Part shown: positions 51,482 to 64,000 of the stretch, one piece after another
Position numbering within the stretch: position 1 is the first letter of the stretch
How the letters are laid out: each line of letters begins with the position of its first letter
Assembly: GCA_963696385.1 (NCBI GenBank)
Contig: CAVOKF010000008.1
Location: forward strand, 800,001-864,000
Length of the DNA: 64,000 nucleotides
Direction: 5' to 3'
From: an uncultured delta proteobacterium
Lineage (GTDB): Bacteria; Myxococcota_A; Polyangia; Polyangiales; Polyangiaceae
Position numbers and translations under genes: made by a program
The notes under the pieces: generated by a model
What the model was told of the DNA's origin: nothing
What the model saw: the letters and a program-made list of their open reading frames with translations, nothing else
The model's database searches: none

Positions 51482-51919
51482 ATGGGTCGTTTGCACGCGC
51501 TCGCGCTTCTCGCCTGGGCGCTCGTCCGATCGCTTCTCGGGGGGCTGTTCGGCCGACGACGCGGTCTTGCCGACTTCGAACGCAGCTACGCGCTCGATCG
51601 GCTGCCGAGCATCGCGCCCGAAGAGCGTCACGTCATACCCGAGCTCGGCGGCTGCATCGCGTGCGGTCTTTGCAACGTCGGAGAGGGGGCCGCGATCGTT
51701 CGGTCGCGAGGAGCGTACGCGGGGGTGATGGATCTGATGCTGGCCAGCTCTCGGAGTTTTCCCGACGACGACGCGGCGGCTCGTTCATTCGAGTTCATCG
51801 GAGACGAGCGGCTCGCGACGCTCGAGGCCCGTTGCCCGACACGCGTACCGATGCGAGCCATCGCCGCCCTCGTTCGAGCGAAGGCCGCTCAGATGAGTCG
51901 CCCGCCGCGGGAGGAATGA
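51482..51919 (+). CDS. Small Fe-S-binding-like hypothetical protein
   Basis: CIACGLC and CPTRVP motifs. Confidence 0.65.
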   Translation: MGRLHALALLAWALVRSLLGGLFGRRRGLADFERSYALDRLPSIAPEERHVIPELGGCIACGLCNVGEGAAIVRSRGAYAGVMDLMLASSRSFPDDDAAARSFEFIGDERLATLEARCPTRVPMRAIAALVRAKAAQMSRPPREE

Positions 51920-51932
51920 CTGGGGTCATCGC

Positions 51933-54420
51933 TTGCGATCGCCGAGCGTCGCCTTTCTCCTCGCCGGGGCCGGATCCGTGCTTTCGTGCGGTCCGCCCGC
52001 GCGCCACCTGGAACCGGTCGCGAACTCCGGGTGGGGAGCGATTGTCCGGCGAGCAACCGGCGAGGGCCGACCAACGCTCGCCGTCGTTGCTCGCGACGGC
52101 GACGTCCGCGGCGCGATTGCCTTGGCCGTCACGACCGATGGCATCGACACCGATCGGGGCGCGCTCGTCCCAGTCGCTCTGGCTGCGCTTGTTCAACAGC
52201 GGTTGCAGGCTCGTGGAATCGACGCCGTCGCGATGGGCAGCTGGAGCGGGTGGCGATTGCATACGGTGGTTGCGTCGCCCACGGACGCCGCGAGCGTCGT
52301 GCTGGCGGCACGCGCCGCGCTGCTCACGCCGGTCGGTCCGAACAATCCGGCGATGCCGACCGTCCTGCGCAAAGCAGAAGCACTGGCACAGCGCCCGCTC
52401 CACGACGCAGCACTCGCGGACGTGGCTCGGTGCACAGGCGAGCCCTACGGATCGTTCGCAGCTCGCACCCCGAGCTTCGCGGAGCTCGAAGCCTGGCGAG
52501 CGGCGGCTCACGGATTGGGCCGCATCGCCGTTGCCGTAGCCGGTGCCCCCGCCTTGTCGGACGCGGCCGCGAACGCTCTGGAACGCGCTCCGCCGTGGCC
52601 CGTTGCTGCACCTCTTCTCGTCGAGGCGTGGCCTGCCGTGCAAGCACAGGCGACCGTGTACGACGCGTCCGGGGAACTGCCGCCTGGCGATGCACGGATC
52701 ATCGTCACAGCGCGAACTCCCGGTCCGGAACGCGCGGTCGTCGCCGCCGCGGTGCTCGGGAGCGCGCACGGGGCGCTCGCGTCGAGGTTGGCCGCGCTCG
52801 ACGCCCCCGGCCAGCTGCGCGCCGTGGTTGCCGCGGCGCACGACGACGGCGGCTGTCTGGCCGCAACCATCGATCTGGATGGACGCGATCTGGGATCGGA
52901 CTTTCCAGCGAGCATTGCGACCGCCGCCGCGCTAGCCCGTCAAGAGCTTGCGGTGGAGCTGGCCGACGCGACGCCACCCCCGAACGTGGGGCGCGATCTG
53001 GCGATGCGGGCCTCCGATCCGCGCGACGCCGCGGAGCGCGCGGCATGGTGGTCGCTGGCCGGACGCCGATCGGATGTCTCGGACGACCAAACGCGAATTC
53101 GGATCACCGTGGGCGTTGCCTCCGCACGCGATGCGGCCGAGCCGAGCGCGACGACCCGCGCGAGCGCGATTGTCGCTGAGATCGATCGCGCAACCCTAGC
53201 CTGGCATGCCGCCATCATCGAATCGCGCACCCGCGTCGAGAGCGGGCAGGGCGAGACCTGGATCCTGCTCGCATCCCCGTGCGGAACGGAGCCCGAATCG
53301 GCCGAGGATGCCGGGATTGGAGCGGCCGTCGCCCTAGCGGCCACGGAACAAGCTCGGGCAATGGCCGGCGACGCGCGCGTCGAGCCTCTCGTGGCGCCCG
53401 ACGCGATTGGTCTGTTCGTCCATGGTCCGCCGCGGCCGAACGAGACGCCGCAAGCGCAAGCGCGACGGCTGGCCGACGTGGTGGCCCGCGCCTTCGCGGC
53501 CGAGGGGCTCGAACCCGAACAGACGGCCAAGGCGCGAGCGCGGCTGCTCTTGGAGGCGTCGCGGGCGGACGCTCGCGCGAACGCCGCCCTCGCGAGCGCA
53601 CTCGCTCCCGGGCATCCATCATGGATTCGAGCCCGGCGGAACGCTTCTCGGCGTGGCCTCGGCGTCGGACGACCTGATTGCGATGCGCGCGGCCGCGATC
53701 CGCGCCGGTCCGCTGCGCGTCGCGGTGCTTGCCAACGACGACCTTGCCCAAGCCGACGCAGCGGTACAGGCCATCGATCGGTGGATCGCCCGACGGCCCG
53801 GCGAGTCTCGCGCCTGCCCGGCCATTCCGGCCGCGGTCTTGCCCCGATCGGGAACGTACTCGGTGGACCGACCCGTGGGTGCACCCTCCGAGGCGATTCT
53901 CGCACTCCCCTTGCCTCTCGGCCTTGAGCCAACACGAACGGCGACATGGCTTGCAGCGACGCTCGACGGCGATGATGGACTGCTGGCGCACGCGCTCGGA
54001 GGAGCTCGGCACGAGGCGGCCCTCGCCCGAACCTGGAATGCAACCGTTGTCGGAGTCCCCCGCGCTGCGGCGCTCGCCATTCGCGTCTCGGCGTCCGACG
54101 ATGCACTCGACGCGGCCGTGGCACAAGCCCGCGCTCTCATCGACCGGGTCCGGCAAGGAGCCCTCGGAGAAGCGGACCGCGCGCGAGCGGCCGCGGCAAT
54201 CGAGGGCGCCCGGTTGACCGCACTGCTCGATCCAAGCGAGCGCGTGCTCGAACTTTGGCGAGGCGTTGGACGAACGCCGGCGCCCTCGCTCGAAGCGTTG
54301 CGATCGTTTGCCGCCACGGTCCTGCGCGACGAAGCGCTTGTCATCGTCGCTGCGCGACCGCCGCGCATCGTCCGCCAGACGCCGAGCGCTTCCCCCACGC
54401 ACGCTTCGAAGGCTAGGTAA
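51933..54420 (+). CDS. M16 (insulinase)-like lipoprotein without HxxEH, split by a frameshift near 53625
   Basis: Lipobox VLSC; ORF 51933 reads to PGHPSW and ORF 53407-54420 continues EPGGT...; family call is tentative. Confidence 0.55.
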
Positions 54421-54461
54421 AAGCAGTGGGCCCTTCTTCGCACGCGCCGATCGGCCCGGAC

Positions 54462-55595
54462 ATGAACGCGGCATCGGAGAAAATTCCGTGGTTTCAGGTG
54501 GGGTCCGACCGGGTCCGCTTGCTCCGCGACGGCGAACAAGCGTTCCCCGCGATGCTCGACGCCATCGCAAGCGCTCAGCACGAAGTGCTGCTCGAGATGT
54601 ACTGCATCGGAACCGACACGGTCGGTGAGCGCTTCCGAAGCGCGCTCGCCGAGCGGGCCCGCGCCGGAATCAAAGTGCGCGTGATTCACGACGCGCTCGG
54701 CAGCATGGGCGTTACCGCGGGGTGGTGGCGGCCCCTTACGGACGCCGGCGGGATCGTCGCCGAATACCACTCGGTCTCTCCCTTGAACCCTCGCTTTCGC
54801 ATCGAGCGGATCGAGCGGCGCGACCATCGCAAACTGCTCGTAGTCGACCGGCTGCAGGGGTTCACCGGCGGCATCAATCTAGCCGCTCAATGGTTGCCCG
54901 TCGGCCAAGGGGGCGAGGGCTGGCGCGACGACATGGTCGAGGTACGAGGCGACGTCACCGAAGAGCTGCGGACGCTTTTTTATCGCACCTGGCGCAAGCT
55001 CACGCGAGAAGCCCCACCGCTCGACGTCCGTCGGCTGTCTCGCCGCAGAAAGCGGCCCGTCTGGGTGCTCGTGAGCCAATGGCGAACGTACCGCAGCATG
55101 CACCGTGAGTACGTTCTGCGCATCGGGCACGCGCGCAAGCGAATCGATATCGCAAATTCCTATTTCGTGCCCGACAGACGCCTTCGCGCGGCACTCTTCC
55201 GAGCGGTACGGAAAGGGGTGCATGTCCGCGTCCTCGTCCCGGGCAAGAGCGACGTGCCGGTCGTGCAGTTCGCCGTGGAAGCGCTCTTCGAGGTCTTACT
55301 TCGTCACGGGGTCGAAATCTGGGCCCAGCCAGGGACGATGCTTCATGCCAAGACGGCCATCATCGACGACGAGTTCACGACGATCGGCAGCTACAATCTC
55401 GATGAGCGATCGTGGCGAAAGAACCTCGAGGTGAACCTCGCGGTAGAGGATCACGATTTCGCGAGACACGTCCGATCATGGTACGAACGCGACCTTGCGT
55501 CGGCGACCCCCATCGCACTTTCGTCCTGGCGCCGGCGCTCGTTCGGCAGGCGTGCCTTGGAGTGGGCGGCGTTCGCGATGAGGAGACTCTGGTAG
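54462..55595 (+). CDS. clsB: Cardiolipin synthase, ClsB-like
   Basis: Two HKD motifs (HRKLLVVD, HAKTAIID); no N-terminal TM helices. Confidence 0.85.
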   Translation: MNAASEKIPWFQVGSDRVRLLRDGEQAFPAMLDAIASAQHEVLLEMYCIGTDTVGERFRSALAERARAGIKVRVIHDALGSMGVTAGWWRPLTDAGGIVAEYHSVSPLNPRFRIERIERRDHRKLLVVDRLQGFTGGINLAAQWLPVGQGGEGWRDDMVEVRGDVTEELRTLFYRTWRKLTREAPPLDVRRLSRRRKRPVWVLVSQWRTYRSMHREYVLRIGHARKRIDIANSYFVPDRRLRAALFRAVRKGVHVRVLVPGKSDVPVVQFAVEALFEVLLRHGVEIWAQPGTMLHAKTAIIDDEFTTIGSYNLDERSWRKNLEVNLAVEDHDFARHVRSWYERDLASATPIALSSWRRRSFGRRALEWAAFAMRRLW

Positions 55596-55596
55596 C

Positions 55597-56370
55597 GTGG
55601 TCCAGCGGATTCAACGCGAGGTCCGGCGCGTGTCGCGCATCGTCGGGTTCGGCGCTCTCACCGGAGCGATGGTCCCCGGATTCGTGGCGCACGAAGCCCT
55701 TACGGCAAAGGACCGGCGCGACCATGTCCGCGAACGCTGGGTGAGCGCTTGGTGCTCGGCGCTCCTCGAAATTTTCGGAGTTCGCGTCATCGTCGACGGA
55801 GTGAGCCCGTCGCCCCGGACCGGCGGGCGCTTGGTCGTCGTCAACCATCGGTCGACCGCGGACATTCTCGTTCTTCTCCGTGCATTCGGCGGCCACATGG
55901 TGAGCCGCGCCGATCTCGCAAACTGGCCCTTGGTCGGTGCCGCGGCGCGTGCCGTCGGAACGGTGTTCGTCGAGCGGGGCGACGCACTGAGCGGCGCGAC
56001 GGCGTTGCGCTTGATTCGTTCGCATCTGACCCAAGGCTCAACGATCATCGTATTCCCCGAAGGGACGACGTTCGCCGACGACGAGGTGCAACCGTTTCAG
56101 GCCGGCGCCTTCGTGGCCGCCCTGCATTCGGGCGCCGACATCGTCCCGGTGGGTCTCGCGTACGAGGCCGGATCCGGAGCCGCTTTCGTCAACGAGTCGT
56201 TCCCGGCGCACCTTGCGCGCATGGCTGCGGCGCCCCCTTCTCGGGTCGCCATGTGCATGGGACCCGCCATTGTCACGGACGAGAGTTGGCGCGCAGCCCG
56301 GCTGCGGGACGTCGCGCGTTCCGAGGTGCAGCGCCTCGTCGCAAACGCACGACGGATCGTCGACCGGTGA
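55597..56370 (+). CDS. 1-acyl-sn-glycerol-3-phosphate acyltransferase family
   Basis: NHRSTAD, FVER, FPEGT. Confidence 0.92.
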   Translation: MVQRIQREVRRVSRIVGFGALTGAMVPGFVAHEALTAKDRRDHVRERWVSAWCSALLEIFGVRVIVDGVSPSPRTGGRLVVVNHRSTADILVLLRAFGGHMVSRADLANWPLVGAAARAVGTVFVERGDALSGATALRLIRSHLTQGSTIIVFPEGTTFADDEVQPFQAGAFVAALHSGADIVPVGLAYEAGSGAAFVNESFPAHLARMAAAPPSRVAMCMGPAIVTDESWRAARLRDVARSEVQRLVANARRIVDR

Positions 56371-56389
56371 CGACGCGGCCGGCCCCGTT

Positions 56390-58473
<2,084 letters not shown>

Positions 58474-58497
58474 TCACCGAAGACTTCCGTGACATGT

Positions 58498-60588
58498 CTA
58501 CTTCGCGCACCGGAAGCCGATGCCATAGCTGCGCTTGGTCGGCGAGTCCTTGTAACGAAACGTCGGTCGCACCCATGACGCGTACGATCCATTCCAGGCA
58601 CCGCCGCGAATGACCTTCTCCGTACCCGTCGGAGGACCGCTCGGGCCCTTTTGCTCGTCGGCGCCGTATGCGGCGTACCAATCGGCGACCCACTCCCACA
58701 CATTGCCCACGACATCTTGCACGCCGTAGCGCGATGCCCCCTTCGGAAAGCTGCCGACGGGAGCCGTGTTCGGAAATCCGTCGTCGGCGTCGTACATAGC
58801 CTTCTCTTCGACACCGTTCTTGGCTCCCCACAAGACGCATTCGCGGCCGCAGGCATTGAGCCGATCGGCGGACGGATCGTCGTCTCCCCAAGGGTACTTT
58901 CTGCCGTCAGGTCCTCGCGCGGCAAACTCCCACTCGGCTTCTGTCGGCAGACGTCGCCCCTGCTCACGACAGAACTTGTCGGCCATGTCCCAATCGACGC
59001 AGTTGATCGGATGGCGCGCGCGATCGACGGGGTCGCGAGCGTTGCAGAGCGCATCGAACGCCTTGCGGTCCTTGTCGTTCAGATCGTCCCACTGGTTCGT
59101 TACTCCGGCTCGCTTGCACCGGCCCCCGTCGCTGCACGCTTTGTACTTGTCGACGGTCACCTCGAATTCGTCAATGCAATAGGGCGAAACGACGACCTGA
59201 TGCGCGGGCTTCTCGATGGGCAACCCATCGTCGCTTCCCATGAAGAAACTGCCGCCGGGAATCGCGATCATGTCGCGCGGACATGCCGAGACGGCCGCAC
59301 CCGCGACGGCTTTCGGTTCGCCAGATGGCAGCGACGCCGTACGGGGCGCACCACCCGAGGATAGGTCAGGCCCGACCGTCGCTCGGATGGCCCCGGGGCC
59401 TCGCGCGCCGAGGAAGGCCACGGCCGCGCCGATGGCGATGACCGCTCCGATCCCGAGACCGACGAAAAGCCCCATTTTCCCGCCACCCGAACGGTGAGTC
59501 GTGGACGTCCCCGTGGCCCGCGCGCGGGATGCCGTCACCACGAGCGACGACGGACCGTCCGTAGCCGACGCACTTGCGACGGTCTGCGCGGTTGCGAGCG
59601 GCGCACGCGACGGCGTGACCGGTCGCGGCGTAGGGTCGGCGGTCATTCGCAACGGATCCATGCGCATCGCCTCGCGCAAAGCATTCCAAAAATCGCCCGC
59701 CACCGGCCAGCGATCGGCCGGATTTACCGCAAGCGCCTTGAGAAATATTCGCTCGACATCGTCGGAGACGGTCGCGCCGAGAGTTCGGGGCGTCGGGCGG
59801 CGTTCGGCACGCCCGGCCGCGACGCCGAGCTGCAGAAAGTCGTCCCCCTCGAGCGGCTCGCGCCCGGTCATCGTCTCGACCATGACGAGGGCCAGCGCAA
59901 ACACATCGGTCCATGGACCCGTCGCACCGTGGGTGCGCGAAAATTGCTCCGGGGCCCCGTAAGCCGGCGTGAAGCTCGTGACATGTCCGCTGGTCTTCGC
60001 GAAACTGCCCGCAATTCTTTGCATGTCAGAGACCACTTTGGCGATGCCGAAGTCGAGGAGCTTGACGGTGACTTCACCGCGTGGATCGCCGATGACGAAG
60101 ATGTTGCCCGGCTTGACGTCTCGGTGAGCAATCCCCTTGCGATGGGCGAGCGCCAGCGCCTCGGCCGCGGGTTCGAGCAACCGGACGGTGTCCGCGACGG
60201 TTCGCGGCGCCAAGCCCCGGCGCTTCTCGTCTTCGAGGACGGCCTCGAGCGTCCCACCCTCGAGCCATTCGAGCACCATGTAGGGAACGCGCTCCCCATT
60301 CGCGGTCTCGAGCATCCCGATATCGCGCGCCTGCACGATCGCCGCGGTCCGAGCCGAGAGGTCCGCCAGCAATGCCCCTTCTTGGATGAACTCGTCGAGC
60401 AGCCTTTGACGGTCGGACGCAGACCATTCCGAGAGGGCCTTGAACACCTTGAGCGCAACGGGCCGCTTCCAGAGGATATGCGTCGCTCTGTAGACGGTCG
60501 CGAAGCCTCCCTCCCCGACGACGCCTTCGACGGCATACTTGTCGGCAATCGTGCGTCCGACAAGCTTCAGCGTGTCCGTACCCGGCAC
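58498..60588 (-). CDS. Ser/Thr protein kinase with TM helix and FGE-sulfatase domain
   Basis: GEGGFATVY, HRDVKPGN, DFG, APE; RLPTEAEWE, GNVWEW, GFRC; AAGGAGG RBS. Confidence 0.95.
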   Translation of the reverse strand: MPGTDTLKLVGRTIADKYAVEGVVGEGGFATVYRATHILWKRPVALKVFKALSEWSASDRQRLLDEFIQEGALLADLSARTAAIVQARDIGMLETANGERVPYMVLEWLEGGTLEAVLEDEKRRGLAPRTVADTVRLLEPAAEALALAHRKGIAHRDVKPGNIFVIGDPRGEVTVKLLDFGIAKVVSDMQRIAGSFAKTSGHVTSFTPAYGAPEQFSRTHGATGPWTDVFALALVMVETMTGREPLEGDDFLQLGVAAGRAERRPTPRTLGATVSDDVERIFLKALAVNPADRWPVAGDFWNALREAMRMDPLRMTADPTPRPVTPSRAPLATAQTVASASATDGPSSLVVTASRARATGTSTTHRSGGGKMGLFVGLGIGAVIAIGAAVAFLGARGPGAIRATVGPDLSSGGAPRTASLPSGEPKAVAGAAVSACPRDMIAIPGGSFFMGSDDGLPIEKPAHQVVVSPYCIDEFEVTVDKYKACSDGGRCKRAGVTNQWDDLNDKDRKAFDALCNARDPVDRARHPINCVDWDMADKFCREQGRRLPTEAEWEFAARGPDGRKYPWGDDDPSADRLNACGRECVLWGAKNGVEEKAMYDADDGFPNTAPVGSFPKGASRYGVQDVVGNVWEWVADWYAAYGADEQKGPSGPPTGTEKVIRGGAWNGSYASWVRPTFRYKDSPTKRSYGIGFRCAK

Positions 60589-60659
60589 GGTCTCCTCCTT
60601 GCCAAAGGCGCGATCATAACGAATGCGTACGCCGTGGGAGAGCTCCGAGTTTCGTGCGC

Positions 60660-60688
60660 TTGACACAAATGGGGGGGTGGCTTACCTG
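60660..60688 (+). promoter_or_regulatory. Promoter for tRNA-Phe
   Basis: TTGACA, 17 nt, TACCTG. Confidence 0.5.
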
Positions 60689-60716
60689 GTCGGGCGCCGA
60701 CGGCTCGAAGCCAACC

Positions 60717-60789
60717 GCGCAGGTAGCTCAGTCGGTAGAGCAGGGGACTGAAAATCCCCGTGTCGGCGGTTCGATTCCGCCCCTGCGCA
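60717..60789 (+). tRNA. tRNA-Phe (GAA)
   Basis: GCGCAGG/CCTGCGC stem, CTGAAAA anticodon loop, GTTCGATTC T-loop. Confidence 0.97.
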
Positions 60790-60843
60790 CGAAATCAAGG
60801 GGTTTTTGATTCCACCCGGTCCAGAGAGTGTACCGAATTGGCA

Positions 60844-61208
60844 GTGTTTTTCCACACCGGTTCCACAGTCGATCTTCGAGGATTTGGGGTGAGAATTTGG
60901 CGCGGCGAATGGTTGCACCGGGCTCCTCGGTAGCCAGTTTTCCGCACACTGGATCCGGCATCTTCGTAGACCGCTGCCCATAAAAGCCGACGCCGCGTCG
61001 CGCGAAATGCCTTGGTCCAGCGGCCTTTGCGCGACGCTCCGCCGAGAATCGCTCGGTGACAACGGCGCAAGCTTCAGGCACTTGCCCACCTGCCTCAGCG
61101 CGTAACGTACACTCCCGAGACCGTCGGCCTCGCGCCAGCAGGCTTGACGTCGCGAAAGGCATGGCGCGCTGAATCGGATGTGTTTTTCCACACGGTTCCA
61201 CAGTCGAT
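60844..61208. repeat. About 30-bp direct repeat (60844-60873 and 61180-61208)
   Basis: gtgtttttccacac(c)ggttccacagtcgat, each copy with an internal ttccaca pair. Confidence 0.9.
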
Positions 61209-62152
61209 TCCTTGCTCGGCCGCGGCTCCGGCCGATCGACCGCGCGTTTTGGGTCATGGTCGCCCGTGCGTGGTCGCGGTGGGCGGAGTGCCTCGCGATC
61301 GTCGAACCGGCGACCGTGATCGCATGGCATCGGCGGGGCTTCGCTCGGTGGTGGGCATGGCGGTCTCGCCCCGTGGGTCGGCCGCCCCTGGCGCCGGAGC
61401 TGGTGAGCCTCATCGAGCAGATGTCGCGCGAGAATCCGCTTTGGAGCCGCCGGAGAATCGCCGGCGAGCTCGCGAAGCTCGGACATGCCGTCGACAAGGA
61501 CACGGTCGCGAAGTACATGCCGAAGCCAACTCCGCGACCACGCCGTCCCCCGTCGCAGACGTGGAAGACCTTTCTCCGCAACCATCTCGAGGCAACGATC
61601 GCGATCGACTTGCTGACCGTGCCAACGGTTACGTTCAACGTTCTCTACGTCTTTTTCGTCCTCTCGCTCGACCGGCGCCGTGTGCTGCACGTCAACGTGA
61701 CGGCGCACCCGTACGCCGCATGGGCCGCGCAGCAGATCGTGAATGCCATCGGCGCGGAGAGTGTGCCGGCGCGGCTGATCCGAGATCGGGATGCCATCTT
61801 CGGCGCAGCCTTCGACGCACGGGTCGATCACCTCGGCGTCCGGCAGGTGCGAACCTCGCCACGTTCTCCGTGGCAAAACGGATACGCGGAAAGATGGATC
61901 GGTACGTTACCTCGAGAGCTGCTCGATCACGTCATGGTGCTTGGGGAGCGGCATCTGCTGCGCCTGCTCCGCCAGTATGTCGCCTATTACAACGAGGACC
62001 GACCTCACATGTCGCTCGGTCGCGACGCGCCGATCGCGCGCGCCGTCCAACCGCCCAGCGGTGGCAGGGTCGTCGCCCTTCCGCGCGTCGGGGGACTCCA
62101 CCACCGGTACTCGAGAGCTGCGTGACTGCCGAACGAGTATTTGGCCACCACA
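61209..62152 (+). mobile_element. 5'-truncated IS with rve integrase-core transposase (IS481-like)
   Basis: RENPLW...RIAGEL, LIRDRD, SPWQNGYAERWIGT, YYNEDRPH, GGLHHRY; stop at 62125; right end ...ggccaccaca. Confidence 0.85.
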
Positions 62153-62560
62153 GGGGTCGGAGTGGCGACCGGGGCTTGCGGCCCGCCGCAGGTGGCCAGG
62201 CCGAGGAGGGAACAAGCACCGAAAATCATCGAGAGCTTCATGCGGGTCGTGCAGTACAAATGTCCTGCCGCGTCCGCAGCGCGCGCCCCTCGCGGCGATG
62301 CCGGCAGGCTCGAGAGGGCCAGGAGATTGGCTGCCGCCGAGGCTCAGGTTCGCACGTTGCGTGCAACTTTGGCGCAACGCGAGTCGGCGGAGCGCGCGGC
62401 CTTGCCGTAGCCACGACGGCGGCCGACGCTGCTTTCACCCGGGACGACCGGCTGTTCGCCGAGGCCGTAGACCTGCAGCACCTGAGGCGGACGCCGCACC
62501 CCGCTGTTCGTAAGCAGACCTCGTGCCAAGTGCGGATGACGGCTCGGCCCCTCGAACATT

Positions 62561-64000
62561 CTAGCGGCCTTCAACGGACCCATCCCACCAGTCGGCGAGC
62601 GCCCACTCGGTCGCGCCGTAGTAAAGGGGGAGCGTCGGCGGCCGCTTGAGGCGACGATTGTACATGACGTAGTGGTTCTTCAGCCAGCGCCACGGCAGCA
62701 CGTAGGCCTGTGCCACCATGACGCGGTCGAACGCATGGGCCGCGGTTTCGAGGTCGTGCTCGCTCTGCGCGTCGAGGATCCGGCCAATCAGGAAGTCGAC
62801 CGCGGGCGATTTGAGCCCTAGGAGGTTCTCCGAGCCGGGGACGTCGGCCTCCTGCGAGGAGAAGGCGCGCAAGAGCTCCGGTCCCGGGTCGCGCGACTCC
62901 CGCAGCGCGATGGACGTGAAATCGAAGTCGAAATTGCGGAGGTTCTCGCGGTCGACCGCAGGATCGCCGTTGCGGTAGACGACCTCGACGCCGAGCCTCT
63001 TGACGTTGAGATAGAAGGCCTCGAGCAGCGACGGCGAGCCGGACACCCGGAGGACGAACGGCTCCCCCTTGTCGTTGCGGAGGACGCCGTCGCCGCGGTT
63101 GCGCCAGCCCGCCTCCGCGAAGAGCCGCGCGGCCTCCCGCAGGTTTGCGCGGTAGCTGCCGGGAGGCGACGTGCTCGGCTGCCTCCGCATCGGGCCGAAG
63201 ACCGCCGGGTCGAGCTCGCCGCGGTACGGCTCGAGCAGCGCGAGCTCCTCGGCGCTCGGCGACCCGCTCGCCGCGAGCGGCGTGTTGGCGAAGTAGCTCT
63301 CCTGCCGCTCGAACTGGCCGTCGAAGATCATCGTGTTGAGCCACTCCCAGTCGTACGCGTAGTCGAACGCGCGGCGCACGCGGATGTCTTGGAACTGCGG
63401 CCTGCGCAGGTTGAAGATGTAGCCGTTCATCGGCCGGGGGTTCTTGTGCGGAAGGAGCTCCTTCACGATCTCCCCGTCGTCGAAGCGCTTGCCGATATAC
63501 TGGCAGCACCAGTAGCGCATCTTGTTTTCGAACAGAAAGTCGAAGTCGCCTGCGCGCATGGCGGCGACCTGTGTGTCGATGTCCTTGTAGAGCTTGTAAA
63601 CGATCGTGTCGAAGTTGAAGCTCCCACGGCGGACAGGGATGTCGCGCCCCCAGTAGCGTGGATTGCGCGTGTAGATGACGTTCTGCCCCGAGGGCGACTC
63701 GTCCACGAGGTACGGGCCCGACGCGATAGGCGGTTCGAGCTGGAGGGCATCGAACGGCGTCCTCCTGGCATCGGGCTTCTGGCCCCACTTGGGAGAGAAG
63801 ACGGGGAGGCTGCCGGCGATGAACGGCAGATCGCGGCCCTTGCGCTTGAACTCGAAGCGAACCGTGCGTGCGTCGACGACGACGACCCTGTCGATGTCCG
63901 TAAAGTAGGAGCGGAAGCGCGGGCTCGCCTTCGGCCCGTTCAGCGTGTCGAAGGAGTACTTCACGTCCCTCGCGGTGACCGAATCTCCGTTGGAGAAGGT
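62561..64000 (-). CDS. ABC transporter substrate-binding protein, family 5 (YejA-like), 5'-partial
   Basis: FSNGDSVTARDVKYSF, SGPY, FNLRRPQFQDIRVRRA, PGSENL; open to window edge. Confidence 0.9.
   Translation of the reverse strand, partial: TFSNGDSVTARDVKYSFDTLNGPKASPRFRSYFTDIDRVVVVDARTVRFEFKRKGRDLPFIAGSLPVFSPKWGQKPDARRTPFDALQLEPPIASGPYLVDESPSGQNVIYTRNPRYWGRDIPVRRGSFNFDTIVYKLYKDIDTQVAAMRAGDFDFLFENKMRYWCCQYIGKRFDDGEIVKELLPHKNPRPMNGYIFNLRRPQFQDIRVRRAFDYAYDWEWLNTMIFDGQFERQESYFANTPLAASGSPSAEELALLEPYRGELDPAVFGPMRRQPSTSPPGSYRANLREAARLFAEAGWRNRGDGVLRNDKGEPFVLRVSGSPSLLEAFYLNVKRLGVEVVYRNGDPAVDRENLRNFDFDFTSIALRESRDPGPELLRAFSSQEADVPGSENLLGLKSPAVDFLIGRILDAQSEHDLETAAHAFDRVMVAQAYVLPWRWLKNHYVMYNRRLKRPPTLPLYYGATEWALADWWDGSVEGR

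Noticed and set aside
62141..62410. Small CDS after the IS
   Set aside because: No recognisable motif and the start lies within the IS end; at most a gene remnant

Overview
GC-rich bacterial DNA, most likely from a Myxococcota (Polyangiaceae-like) genome. This is inferred from the Cys-rich lipoproteins with DAG/PDAG linkers, the RCC1 and TolB-like lipoproteins and the Ser/Thr kinases. The window has four parts. (1) 1-18 kb is an accessory region of secreted lipoproteins around trpS, including an apparent operon of a Cys-rich lipoprotein, two TlpA thioredoxins and a DUF6029-like beta-barrel. (2) About 18-30.8 kb is a decayed integration hotspot downstream of tRNA-Gly(GCC), with two att-like copies of the tRNA 3' end, IS1634 debris, two broken MazF/PemK toxins and an RRM pseudogene. 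It also holds the most notable feature: a translationally coupled four-gene cassette (unknown ORF, QueC/QatC-like PP-loop enzyme, XRE-HTH/IrrE-type metallopeptidase, PIN-domain protein) with its own promoter and palindromic operator. This is a candidate anti-phage or stress-triggered toxin system. (3) 31-60.6 kb is core metabolism (mgtE, purM, purN, dapE, dapD, ndk, sucCD, mdh, icd, fabI, clsB, thiC). (4) tRNA-Phe(GAA) is followed by a second, smaller hotspot with a truncated transposase and then a partial ABC substrate-binding gene. All calls come from reading motifs by eye; no database searches were run. Some single-base frameshifts, notably in dapD, may be sequencing errors.
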